From Nitrosopumilus sp. (GTDB taxonomy: Archaea > Thermoproteota > Nitrososphaeria > Nitrososphaerales > Nitrosopumilaceae): a stretch of 64,000 nt of DNA. The stretch lies in contig OZ250186.1 in the NCBI GenBank assembly GCA_965238275.1, forward strand, positions 1,472,001-1,536,000, read 5' to 3'. Made by a program: the position numbers and the translations under genes. How positions within the stretch are numbered: the first letter of the stretch is position 1; every line of letters starts with the position of its first letter. This document shows, piece after piece, positions 39,072 through 48,655 of the stretch. The notes beneath the pieces were generated by a model, which saw only the letters and a list, made by a program, of their open reading frames with translations, made no database searches and was not told the origin of the DNA.

Positions 39072-40337
39072 CTAATTCGGACCAGGCCTTGCCTGCAGCA
39101 CGATTGTAACATCAATAGTCTGGCCGTCCCTTAGAATTCCCAAAACCATCTCGTCTCCTACCGTCTTTATCCTCTGAAGGTGTATCAGGATGTCATCGAT
39201 CTTTCTGACATCGGTCCCGTCCACCGATAATATGACATCCCCGCCTACATGATAGTCTGTCCCGTCGACCTGGATGATCTCGTCTGAACCCCCGAGCCCC
39301 CCATTGTATGCAGGACTGTCCTCCACGACAGTTACAATCAGAAATCCTATGGACTCCTCCAGTCCTAAAACGTCGGCCAAATCCGGATAGATGTCGGTTC
39401 CGGAGATTCCGACCCACGGGTGCCTGTACTCCCCGGTCTCAATCAGTATGGGTATTATCTTTTTGATGGTCTGTGACGGAATTGCAAATCCCACGCCTGT
39501 AAATTCTCCTGTGGCAGACTGGATTGCAGTGTTGATCCCAACAGTCTCCCCCATCATGTTCAAAAGCGGACCGCCGGAATTCCCGGGATTGATTGCAGTG
39601 TCTGTCTGGATTACATCCGGTATGGAGTATCCCGTGTTTGACGGAAGGAGCCTTCCCAGCTGGCTTATTATCCCTGCCGTCATTGATCCTGACAGGCCAA
39701 ACGGATTTCCTATGGCCGCCACTGACTCCCCCACGCGGAGACTGGATGAGTTGCCAAGCACCAGCGGATGCAGAAGCGATGCGTCTGCGTCCACCCTGAC
39801 TACTGCAACGTCGGCAGACTCGTCTGCCCCTATGATCTCTGCCTTGTATGATCTTCCGTCCAGAAACGTGACTACCACCTTTTGTGCGTCCTGGACTACG
39901 TGTGCATTGGTTATGACATGCCCCTTCTTGTCAAAGACGAATCCTGATCCTACAGTCCGCCCTTCGTTATCCATGATCACCCTCTCCACATTGACCCTGA
40001 CCACTCCTGGTTCTGCCCTCTCAAATATCTCCATTAGGGAGAAGACCTCCATTGGGGAATCCGATGCAGCCCCTGAGAGAATGCCTTCCATGGATTCACC
40101 CTGCTGCCCTGACAGGGCAGACACCTTCTCTGACAGGACAGATACCCTCTCTGACAGGGCAGACACTGCCTCTAGCGTCTGCTGTTCTGTCCCATCACCT
40201 CCTCCTCCTCCTGCAAGACCGGCAGTATCTGCCGGAGTGACTACTACCTCTGCAGGCGTGATGAAGGGCACTGATACGATTGCAGCTGCTATTATTGCAC
40301 CAACTATCACAACGGTTAGCTGGTTTGAGACGCTCAT
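39072..40337 (-). CDS. HtrA/DegP-like trypsin protease with PDZ domain
   Basis: TNAHVV, DVAVV, GNSGGPL, C-terminal PDZ. Confidence 0.92.
   Translation of the reverse strand: MSVSNQLTVVIVGAIIAAAIVSVPFITPAEVVVTPADTAGLAGGGGGDGTEQQTLEAVSALSERVSVLSEKVSALSGQQGESMEGILSGAASDSPMEVFSLMEIFERAEPGVVRVNVERVIMDNEGRTVGSGFVFDKKGHVITNAHVVQDAQKVVVTFLDGRSYKAEIIGADESADVAVVRVDADASLLHPLVLGNSSSLRVGESVAAIGNPFGLSGSMTAGIISQLGRLLPSNTGYSIPDVIQTDTAINPGNSGGPLLNMMGETVGINTAIQSATGEFTGVGFAIPSQTIKKIIPILIETGEYRHPWVGISGTDIYPDLADVLGLEESIGFLIVTVVEDSPAYNGGLGGSDEIIQVDGTDYHVGGDVILSVDGTDVRKIDDILIHLQRIKTVGDEMVLGILRDGQTIDVTIVLQARPGPN
40109..40166 (-). repeat. 21-bp imperfect tandem repeat x2.8 encoding heptads VS(A/V)LSE(R/K)
   Basis: Plus-strand unit CTGACAGGRCAGAYACCYTCT. 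Confidence 0.8.
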
Positions 40338-40490
40338 GTGGTCTCTGGATCAGTTTTCTATCTAAAAGGCTTATGTTCCTGGATTTTTGACAGGCGCCCT
40401 GGTCAAAATTATACCCTGAATCATGTATGCCGTGAACAAACAGACACGCTTACCTGCACATGTGGGTGCAGACAGGATCTGCCATAATTT

Positions 40491-41705
40491 CTAGATGCGC
40501 ACTCCTGACTGTGCCTGGCTGTGATCCGTCTTGGAGTAGCTTCTTCCCCTCCATGTTACAGAAGACGACTTGTTTGCCTGGAGCAGGCCGCTTAGGAACC
40601 CCAGCGTGACTACCAGCCCGCCTAAAGGCGCAGACAGCGCATAGACGGATCTCAGTCCGAGTCCGACCCTTGTCTCGACCAGCGCCCCGATGTGGACTAG
40701 CAGGGATGCGGCTCCTGCGACTGCACACAGCACGCCTGCTGATGTGGTGTCCGGCATGGATGCCACTGACGCAACGAATACCGGAAACGGCACAAACAGC
40801 AAAAATGTGACTGCGACAAATGCCCCCACTGCCATCCATCCGTTCTGAAGATACAGGGGAACCATCAGCCTCTTCAGGGCGTTCCACAGCGTGCCCCTGT
40901 CCCTGGCCCAGATTGCCTCTATTAGGTGCTCCCCCCTTACCATCCTTATACTGTGTCCCATCTCCTTTGCCTTTCTGCCAAGGGCACCGTCCTCGATTAT
41001 CTCCTGCCTTACCCCCTCGTGTGTCCCTATGCTTTCGTAGGTTTTCCTCCAAAGTATGAAAAAGCTTCCAAAAAAGTAGCCTGTCTTCTTTGCCGGATTG
41101 TTTACATTCAATGCAGAAAACCGGGTATGCAGAAACGTCGAGATCATCGGGAGTGTGATCCTAGTCCAGACATCCCGCGTCAGCATCCTTGGAATTACAG
41201 ACAGGGCATCCAGGTCAGACGAGATTAGATGGGCCACTGCCATCGATATCACCTTCTTGGAGTGTCTTGTGTCTGCATCCGTAAACAGCAAAAGATCCCC
41301 TGTGGCCTTTCTGTACCCTTCCATGCATGCCCAGTTCTTTCCCATCCACCCCTCGGGCTTGGGCCTTGCAGAGACCGGAACCACATTGGGGTATCTCTGC
41401 GCAAACTCTGAGATTATGCCCCATGTGCCATCCTCAGACGAGTCGTCGATTACAACTATTTCGTAGTCCTCATAATCCTGAATGGCAAGGGACTCCAGAC
41501 ACCTTCCGACAAATCCCTCCTCGTTTCTTGCAGGAATTATTACAGATACCCGGGGGCGTGACTTTGACGTGTCTGTAAACCTGTCAAGGTACGGGGTCAG
41601 CCTGAATGAATTCATCATTGATTTGATGAGGAATACCCATGCCCCGCACACCCCAACAAGAATCGCGGCCAGCAAATAGTTGAGGATGTCAGCTACCGGA
41701 TCCAT
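40491..41705 (-). CDS. Membrane glycosyltransferase family 2
   Basis: IIPARNEE, DDSSED, GWMGK, FTDAD, IEDG. Confidence 0.9.
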   Translation of the reverse strand: MDPVADILNYLLAAILVGVCGAWVFLIKSMMNSFRLTPYLDRFTDTSKSRPRVSVIIPARNEEGFVGRCLESLAIQDYEDYEIVVIDDSSEDGTWGIISEFAQRYPNVVPVSARPKPEGWMGKNWACMEGYRKATGDLLLFTDADTRHSKKVISMAVAHLISSDLDALSVIPRMLTRDVWTRITLPMISTFLHTRFSALNVNNPAKKTGYFFGSFFILWRKTYESIGTHEGVRQEIIEDGALGRKAKEMGHSIRMVRGEHLIEAIWARDRGTLWNALKRLMVPLYLQNGWMAVGAFVAVTFLLFVPFPVFVASVASMPDTTSAGVLCAVAGAASLLVHIGALVETRVGLGLRSVYALSAPLGGLVVTLGFLSGLLQANKSSSVTWRGRSYSKTDHSQAQSGVRI

Positions 41706-41708
41706 GAA

Positions 41709-42125
41709 TCATCCCTCGACTTCGGCCTTGATGCTGTGCATGGCCTGTTCGGTCCCGCTCTTGATGTGGCTTTTAATCATGCCTGTAAACATCCCCATCA
41801 TGCCTGTCAGCCTTATGTTCCATGTGGTGCGGAGTACGGTGTTGTCGCCTCTTGGCACCAGCAGTATCGTCTTGTCCCCGTCAATGATGCCCTTGACGAA
41901 TCTTGCCTCGATCCTCTCCTTGGGGTACATTTGGACATCCTGCAGGCATTTTTGATCCCTGAATGCGATCGTAATCTCCCTGTGAATCTTGTTTTTCTCC
42001 CTGGATATGTTTCTGATCTCCTTTGTCCCCTTCCAAAATCTTGGCTCAGAGTCCACATCCGAGACTATCTCCCACACTGCATCGGGTGTGGCGTTGATCT
42101 CCACTTCGACGTCAATTGTGACCAT
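41709..42125 (-). CDS. SRPBCC/polyketide cyclase-like protein
   Basis: INATPDAVWEIVSD...P.FW. Confidence 0.85.
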   Translation of the reverse strand: MVTIDVEVEINATPDAVWEIVSDVDSEPRFWKGTKEIRNISREKNKIHREITIAFRDQKCLQDVQMYPKERIEARFVKGIIDGDKTILLVPRGDNTVLRTTWNIRLTGMMGMFTGMIKSHIKSGTEQAMHSIKAEVEG

Positions 42126-42377
42126 GCCCTGCCTGTACTGTTCCGCATTAAATATATTAGATTGGCATCTTGGTACTAGTGACTGTGATGGGCAATATGC
42201 CTAAAATCCAGAACAGTAACTCCGGTTCTAACGGCATTTGCCACTCTTCCATCACAGTCAACTAAAATTATCTAGAAGCAAACGTTCCTGCAACCAATAC
42301 GGCACTTTTATTAGAAAAACCGCCCTGCATGCCAGCCCACACAAATTCTTTTATTCAAAGAAGACAGGCACCTCATC

Positions 42378-43400
42378 ATGCCGCTGACATACAAGAATGC
42401 AGGCGTGGACATCTCCAAGATCAAGCAGAGCCAGACCGAGATTGGCCGGATGATCGCATCAACGCACAATCTTCAAAACAAGGCAAGGGTAGCCCACGGC
42501 TTTGGACACTATGCAGGGGTCGTGGAGATTGCAGGCGGCACCCTTCTGGCCACGCATACTGACGGCGTTGGAACCAAGGTGATGATCGCAGGCATGATGG
42601 ACAGGTATGACACGATAGGCATTGACTGCATCGCGATGAACGTCAATGACGTGATATGCATCGGCGCGACGCCGATATCCTTTGTGGACTATATCGCGGC
42701 AAACAGAAACGACCAGCGCATTATCCGGGAGATCATGGAGGGGCTGGTCAAGGGGGCACAGAGATCAGCAGTGCCGATTGTCGGCGGGGAGACTGCGATA
42801 ATGCCTGATGTGATTAATGGTGACGGTTTTGCATTCGATCTGGCCGGAATGGTGGTGGGGCTAGTTGAGAAGGGCCGGATGATACTGGGCGACAGGATAG
42901 TGCCAGGCGATGTGATCATAGGGGCAGACAGCACGGGAATTCATTCAAACGGCTACTCGCTTGCAAGAAAGGCACTCTTTCCAAAGTACTCCATAACCGA
43001 CAGCGTCAAGGGGGTCGGAACCATAGGGGATGCGCTTTTGGAGCCCACTGCAATATACACCAAACCCGTTCTTGAGATCGTTCAAAAGTGCCAAGTGGAC
43101 GGACTGGCACACATAACGGGCGGCTCGTTTACCAAGCTGCTGCGCCTCAAGGACACAGGCTACGAGATAGACTCCCTGCCGGAGATGCCTCCAATCATGG
43201 GGCTCATAGAGGAGCAGGGGGTGGAACCAGAGGAGATGTACAGGACATTTAACATGGGCGTGGGGTTTTGCGTGATTGCGCCCGGAGATCAGGCCGCAGG
43301 CATCATGTCAATCTTCAAGGAACACGGGATCTCAAGCCATGAGATAGGCAGAATCACATCCCGCAAGGGCGTCTTTGTAAACTCTAAAAAGATTGCATGA
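42378..43400 (+). CDS. purM: Phosphoribosylaminoimidazole synthetase
   Basis: TYKNAGVD, TDGVGTK, GGETA, GIHSNGYS, HITGG, TFNMG. Confidence 0.96.
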   Translation: MPLTYKNAGVDISKIKQSQTEIGRMIASTHNLQNKARVAHGFGHYAGVVEIAGGTLLATHTDGVGTKVMIAGMMDRYDTIGIDCIAMNVNDVICIGATPISFVDYIAANRNDQRIIREIMEGLVKGAQRSAVPIVGGETAIMPDVINGDGFAFDLAGMVVGLVEKGRMILGDRIVPGDVIIGADSTGIHSNGYSLARKALFPKYSITDSVKGVGTIGDALLEPTAIYTKPVLEIVQKCQVDGLAHITGGSFTKLLRLKDTGYEIDSLPEMPPIMGLIEEQGVEPEEMYRTFNMGVGFCVIAPGDQAAGIMSIFKEHGISSHEIGRITSRKGVFVNSKKIA

Positions 43401-43459
43401 TATGTGGGCGGATCCCCGCTAGAATGGCCGCGATCAGCATTGCACGCTTTTGGGACGTG

Positions 43460-43564
43460 TCAGGGGATGAATAACATGGGCGACAAGAAGGCAAGATAAA
43501 GCGCAAACGTGATGATCCATTTTGGATTATACCCAATGATGAAATACCGGTCCTCGATGGCCAT
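43460..43564 (-). CDS. Possible 34-aa single-TM microprotein
   Basis: MAIEDRYFIIGYNPKWIITFALYLAFLSPMLFIP, with TTAAAA upstream. Confidence 0.35.
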   Translation of the reverse strand: MAIEDRYFIIGYNPKWIITFALYLAFLSPMLFIP

Positions 43565-43705
43565 TACGCATGACTTTTTTTTAACACTACCGCTGATCCT
43601 AACTGATTCTGATTTTTTGCACAATGGGAATGCTTACGCTGGGCCGACACGCGTATCCGGCTGTTCTGGGAATCATTTTTAATTGGGCGTTTCACGCCAT
43701 TCATC

Positions 43706-44218
43706 ATGAGGATATCTGATGAATTGAAGCAGGCACTGGACAACCAGGTCCGACTCGAGTCTGCTGCGTCAAACGTCTATCTTGCAATGGCATCCTGGTC
43801 CGAGACTACCGGATATGAGGGCGCTGCTGCATACTTTTATGCCCAGTCCGACGAGGAACGAGCCCACATGCTCAAAATAATTCACTACCTGAATGAAATG
43901 GGAGCCTGTGCCACACTCCCCTCAATTGACGCACCGGCCAACTCCTTTGAATCCCTGGAATCCGTCATGAAAATCTCCCTGGAAAACGAGCGGGCAGCCA
44001 CCAAGGCAGTTCACAACATGGTTGCCATTGCACAAAGGGAAGGGGATTACTCCACGCGTACATTTCTTGAATGGTTTGTAACCGAACAGGCCCACGAGGA
44101 GACAAAGTTTGAAGTAATCCTGCAGAAATTTGACCTGATCGGGCGAGACAAGATGGCGCTCCACGAGATTGACAAAATCCTCAGCACGCTAGCTGCAACG
44201 CAGGATCCCGGCACATAG
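43706..44218 (+). CDS. ftnA: Ferritin (non-heme)
   Basis: E..A..Y, EERAHM, ENE, FLEWFVTEQAHEE ferroxidase residues. Confidence 0.92.
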   Translation: MRISDELKQALDNQVRLESAASNVYLAMASWSETTGYEGAAAYFYAQSDEERAHMLKIIHYLNEMGACATLPSIDAPANSFESLESVMKISLENERAATKAVHNMVAIAQREGDYSTRTFLEWFVTEQAHEETKFEVILQKFDLIGRDKMALHEIDKILSTLAATQDPGT

Positions 44219-44400
44219 ATTCCCTGTCTTCAATCCCTTTGCAGTAAATGTCCTGTCTGGCAGTGTGGTGGGGATTTGGTTAAAATTGTCGCGCTCATCG
44301 TGCGTGGATTTTGCCGCACCAACACCTGTCTGCCTGTGTCATGGATCCGGCAGGCTGCGCACCCTGATCAAGCCGGAGACGGCATTTCCCAGAGGCAGTA

Positions 44401-44682
44401 TCAGTCATCATCCTCTGCAGACGTCCAGACGCCTGGGAATACCATGTGTGCGACGGCGAGGCTTTTGTAGTATTTTTCGGGCTGTTTCATCATCCTGTGG
44501 ATGGCCGAGGAACGCTCCATTAGGTGGTTCATAAGCCAGCATCTTACTTCCACATGGGTTTTTCCTGCATATTTTTTGTCGTCTATCTCGACTGCCCGGA
44601 CTGCCTTGAGCGGGGTCTCTGCCTCCAGACAGACATATTCTGTTTCCTTCTCGTCATTAATCGACACCAGAAAATAGGGCAC
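44401..44682 (-). CDS. Hypothetical protein
   Basis: 93-aa ORF with protein-like composition; no motif recognised. Confidence 0.5.
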   Translation of the reverse strand: MPYFLVSINDEKETEYVCLEAETPLKAVRAVEIDDKKYAGKTHVEVRCWLMNHLMERSSAIHRMMKQPEKYYKSLAVAHMVFPGVWTSAEDDD

Positions 44683-45297
44683 TAGTCACCGACCTCCCCA
44701 TGTCTGGAGTCGGCGACTCCCCACAGACTGTACGAGCCTGTGCCTGCCTTCTGGTATCTGCAGGCGGCGACATACCCCGTCGTGTGCGCGGGTCACGGGC
44801 AGCGGACTGCGTCGGGTGCCTACCATGATCCGGAATCTTCTGCATGGTGATCTGGGGTTCATCCGGGGTTTGTCCCCGAATGTGCTGGCTGCGTCGCCTT
44901 TCCCGCATGCGGCATGCGGACTGGCAGGCCTTTGCCTCATCCGGCCCGTATCGTATTTCATATGCATGGGCTTCTAATAATGTGGTAGTATATATTTTCT
45001 AATATCGTCTTAAGACTCTAAAATCCAGAAAGTAATATATATATTATCATGTACCGGCAAAAAAACAGTCACGGATGAGCCAATATCACGTGCCTCCGGG
45101 CACTGTGACGTGCCCAACCGATCTTGGCTGGAGGCAGACCGTCCCTGTATTCATTTCGGCACACAGGGAACCCGAACAGGGAATTCATGCCTGCATAATC
45201 TGAAAGCCGGCAGATGTCTGATCTGCAGGTCTTATGAACGCCCTGCTACCGCCTATTCTGGGGAACTCTCCACGGAACGCCTGTCATGCTTTGCAGC

Positions 45298-45420
45298 CTA
45301 GTCCGAAGCCTTGCCTCTTGACCTGTCGTGCATCCTGCCAATATGCAGTGCCAGTTCCACAACCTCCGCACCAAAATCTTTTCCACAGAATTCACACTCA
45401 AACTTGTACTCGTTTGACAT
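45298..45420 (-). CDS. 40-aa C2H2 zinc-finger microprotein
   Basis: MSNEYKFECEFCGKDFGAEVVELALHIGRMHDRSRGKASD, translated by hand. Confidence 0.7.
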   Translation of the reverse strand: MSNEYKFECEFCGKDFGAEVVELALHIGRMHDRSRGKASD

Positions 45421-45700
45421 TATGCATCAGTGCCATTGAGTGGTATTAAAATTCTCGGTGCCACATGCTGAAATTATACTCAAGGGTTCATCGCATCAAC
45501 ATTTACCTGGATGGCACCGCCATGTGGCTCTGCACGTTGCCATAATTCTGAAAAGGATCAGACGGGAGTCAAATCCGGAAGGATCCGTCGGGCATCAAAA
45601 AAAAAGACAGGGAAACGCCACAGATTCTGGCTGTGTATCCCTGCATGTGATTCTGCTCTCCTGCAAGTGACTGGGAACCAATGACATCCCCGGCACCCTG

Positions 45701-45874
45701 CTAACCAAAAATCATGCAGTGCTCGCACTCGCAGACGCTCTGCTGCTTTGCCTTCTTTAGGCATTTTCTATGCTGTCCTGCCTGGCACTGGACACAGACC
45801 TCGTCAATATTGTCTACGCTTGTATATTTTTTGGACTGGTCAAATCCAAAACCTCCGTCCTGCGGGCCTACCAT
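45701..45874 (-). CDS. 57-aa Cys/His-rich metal-binding microprotein
   Basis: ...CVQCQAGQHRKC...CECEHC; begins 13 nt after the stop of 45888..46205. Confidence 0.7.
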   Translation of the reverse strand: MVGPQDGGFGFDQSKKYTSVDNIDEVCVQCQAGQHRKCLKKAKQQSVCECEHCMIFG

Positions 45875-45887
45875 ACAAATGCTGGCA

Positions 45888-46205
45888 TCATGTGGTATTT
45901 CTACTTTGATCCAGCGCGTTCCTTATCGCGTCCTGCAGCTCCTTTTTGTGCGTCTCTATGACGCCCCTGATCTCAAAGGTATCCACGTAGCTCCCGACGT
46001 ATGCGCGCGTTGCCTTGAGCAGATAGTGGAGCGAGCCCTCCTCGATCTTTCCCACATAGTACCCATAGATGAAATCCAGATCGCTTCTGCATTTCCAGAT
46101 CTTCTTTACGGCTGGAAACGTCTGCCTGATCTCACTTGGAATCTCCTGAATCCGTCTCTTGACGTATGTGTCCAGCGACCTTCTTATGGATGAATCATCA
46201 AGCAA
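45888..46205 (-). CDS. Hypothetical protein
   Basis: Helical 105-aa ORF with DFIYGYYVG. Confidence 0.7.
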   Translation of the reverse strand: MLDDSSIRRSLDTYVKRRIQEIPSEIRQTFPAVKKIWKCRSDLDFIYGYYVGKIEEGSLHYLLKATRAYVGSYVDTFEIRGVIETHKKELQDAIRNALDQSRNTT

Positions 46206-46234
46206 TTACGATACTGGCTTACGGTGCATGCCTT

Positions 46235-46384
46235 TTAGTCATTGTCATCGTCTTTTGGCTTGTCCCACATGTGCATGGTGCCTCTGATCATAAAGGCGCC
46301 TACCACTATGGCTACTATGCCCCCTGCTATGAAGAGAAAAAACCTTCCAACGCTCCGGATGCCTACCAATAATGCCAAGAGCAC
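46235..46384 (-). CDS. 49-aa membrane microprotein
   Basis: MLLALLVGIRSVGRFFLFIAGGIVAIVVGAFMIRGTMHMWDKPKDDDND. Confidence 0.55.
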   Translation of the reverse strand: MLLALLVGIRSVGRFFLFIAGGIVAIVVGAFMIRGTMHMWDKPKDDDND

Positions 46385-46747
46385 AATTATCCTAATTATA
46401 ACTGTCTAAATGTATGCTCTCCAATATGAAACCGTCATCATCCTACTGCAACTCGTCATGGGGAACCAGACCTGTGCTGGCTGGGGCATCCATCCTGCAA
46501 CAAACACCCGACACCCCCACCCCACCACCATCGGCGCCACAAGCCATGCCACATTACACAACACTGCCAATCCAGCTGTCCCTCTCAATTAGATTCAATA
46601 GTGAGCCTGTAGAATCCCACACAAATGTCCAAACCCAAACAGATTGCAGCCTGGATTGCGATAATCGGAGGGGGAATAGGATTCTTCTTTCTCTCCCAGT
46701 TCCTGACAGAGGTCATGCGGTAGTGATACAGGCGTGCATGAGTGGCA

Positions 46748-47191
46748 ATGATTACTGGTGAGATAAGCGCTTTTTTGGATCTGCAGAATCTCGGATACGT
46801 TGCAACTGTAAGTCCAGACCAGAGACCCAATGTCTCCCCCAAGGGCACGATAATCTGCTGGGACTCAAAGACTCTGGCCTTTGCAGACATCTGCTCGCCT
46901 GATACAGTCAAAAACCTACAGGGCAATCCCAATGTGGAGATTAACGTAATTGATCCGATTTTACGCAGAGGCTACCTGTTTCAGGGACGGGCCAGAATCC
47001 TTGACGGTGATGATGCACTCAGCAAGGCAGTCGTAAGCCGGTACCGGGATCGTGGCGTGACAAGCCCGATCAGGTCAATTATCATGGTGGACGTATCGCA
47101 GGTCTCCCAGGTCCTCTCCCCGTTGTACCATATGGGCCTCTCAGAAGAGGAGATAAAATCAAAATGGATCAAGCATTTTAAGGAACTGTGA
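46748..47191 (+). CDS. Pyridoxamine 5'-phosphate oxidase-like flavin-binding protein
   Basis: VATVS...PNVSPKG, TVKNL..NP. Confidence 0.85.
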   Translation: MITGEISAFLDLQNLGYVATVSPDQRPNVSPKGTIICWDSKTLAFADICSPDTVKNLQGNPNVEINVIDPILRRGYLFQGRARILDGDDALSKAVVSRYRDRGVTSPIRSIIMVDVSQVSQVLSPLYHMGLSEEEIKSKWIKHFKEL

Positions 47192-47197
47192 CTGTTC

Positions 47198-48352
47198 CTA
47201 GGATGCATCCTTGCCGTGTTCTGGCTCCTGCCCTGACTTGGTTGCGTCCCTCTTCCTGAATGACTCCAGCTTCTGCTTGGTCTTTTTGTGTTTCTCCCTC
47301 TCTTCCTCCAAAAGAGCCTGGACCGAATCAATCTTGTCCTGTGCCGCCTTGAGTTTTGATTTCAGGGAACTGACTACTGCGCTTGCCGCCTCAATTATTC
47401 CTGCAGAGCCTCTCTGATCAGTACTGCCCCCGTGAATAAACTCCTTTTCCCTGACGGTAAGGGGACCTGTCCCTTGGACTTTTGTCTTTTTATCCATGTC
47501 CTCCTTTGCGTTATACAGCATGGCGTTGGTCTCCTCCAGCTCCTCCCTTGCCTTCATCTGCTCCCTTTTTACAGTGGACAGGGCTTTGCGTTCCTGCTCT
47601 GCCTGCTCCCTTGCCTTCTCACGCTCCTGCGTTGCCTTCCTAATCTCCCCCTTGATTCCTGACAGAACCCTCTGCTCCCCTGCATCGCCGTGCTCTGCTG
47701 CCTTCTTAACCTCCTCCCTGATTCCTGACAGGACAGTCTTCTCCTGCTCTGCCTGCTCCCTTATCTTCTCACGCTCCTGCGTTGCCTTCCTAACCTCCTC
47801 CTTGATTCCTGACAGAACCCTCTGCTCCCCTGCATCGCCGTGCTCTGCTGCCTTCTTAATCTCCTCCCTGATTCCTGACAGGACAGTCTTCTCCTGCTCT
47901 GTCTGCTCCCTTGTCTTCTCACGCTCCTGCGTTGCCCTCCTAATCTCATTCCTTGTATTGAGGAGCAAATCTCTTGCCCTGGCAAGACTCATGCCAATCT
48001 CTGCACCTGTCTCGGAATTCCTGATCCTCGTTGAGACCTCCCTGTATTCCCTGTGTATGGAATCAAGATCCATCCTGCTCTGATTCAGATCCTTCTTGAC
48101 TGACATCAGGGTGTCGACTGACATGTCATATTCCTTCTTTACTGTCTGAGCCTTTTGAGTGATGTCCTGCAGTTCAGCCCGCCGCTCCTCGCATTCCTCC
48201 TGAATCTTGTCCAGTTCACTTTGACTCTTATCTGCCTCGGCCTGTAGCACCTCTGAGCGTGCCTCAAGCTCCTCTTTTACAATGTGCTCGTCACTATCCT
48301 TGGAGACTGTGCCGCCCTTTCTGGGAAAGAATCTCACGCTCTTTTGTGTCAC
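47198..48352 (-). CDS. Long coiled-coil protein with internal repeats
   Basis: E/K/R/Q-rich heptads throughout; IIEAASAVVSSLK near the C-terminus. Confidence 0.8.
   Translation of the reverse strand: MTQKSVRFFPRKGGTVSKDSDEHIVKEELEARSEVLQAEADKSQSELDKIQEECEERRAELQDITQKAQTVKKEYDMSVDTLMSVKKDLNQSRMDLDSIHREYREVSTRIRNSETGAEIGMSLARARDLLLNTRNEIRRATQEREKTREQTEQEKTVLSGIREEIKKAAEHGDAGEQRVLSGIKEEVRKATQEREKIREQAEQEKTVLSGIREEVKKAAEHGDAGEQRVLSGIKGEIRKATQEREKAREQAEQERKALSTVKREQMKAREELEETNAMLYNAKEDMDKKTKVQGTGPLTVREKEFIHGGSTDQRGSAGIIEAASAVVSSLKSKLKAAQDKIDSVQALLEEEREKHKKTKQKLESFRKRDATKSGQEPEHGKDAS
47593..47947 (-). repeat. 150-bp tandem repeat x~2.4 (50 aa)
   Basis: ACGCTCCTGCGTTGCC recurs at 47621, 47771 and 47921. 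Confidence 0.9.
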
Positions 48353-48373
48353 TTCTAATTGATGAATCTTTCC

Positions 48374-48655
48374 TTATCCGTTCCTTGAGCGTCCCCTTAC
48401 AAACTTCAGATAGAACCCGATTCCTCCCACTACCATCCCCCCAATCAGGGCAGCGGTGCCAAGCTGGGGCATCTGGGGATAGATGTTGGGTGCAAGAAAC
48501 AGCAGCAACGCGCCTAGGATTATCAGGGCAAACCCCCCGCTCTTCCTTGATCTGTTGTGCTCTGAGTGGACCAAATCTAGTTTAGTGTTTCTAGTCAAGG
48601 CTTTTAAGGAAACCGGATTCCTCTGCGAGTGCGGCTGGCGGCCGGACATCTTCAT
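48374..48655 (-). CDS. Small two-TM membrane protein
   Basis: GGFALIILGALLLF...ALIGGMVVGGIGFY; true start probably downstream of the ORF start. Confidence 0.65.
   Translation of the reverse strand: MKMSGRQPHSQRNPVSLKALTRNTKLDLVHSEHNRSRKSGGFALIILGALLLFLAPNIYPQMPQLGTAALIGGMVVGGIGFYLKFVRGRSRNG

Noticed and set aside
46585-46932. ORF 46585..46932 on the minus strand
   Set aside because: Mostly overlaps the flavin-binding gene on the + strand and has no recognisable motif.
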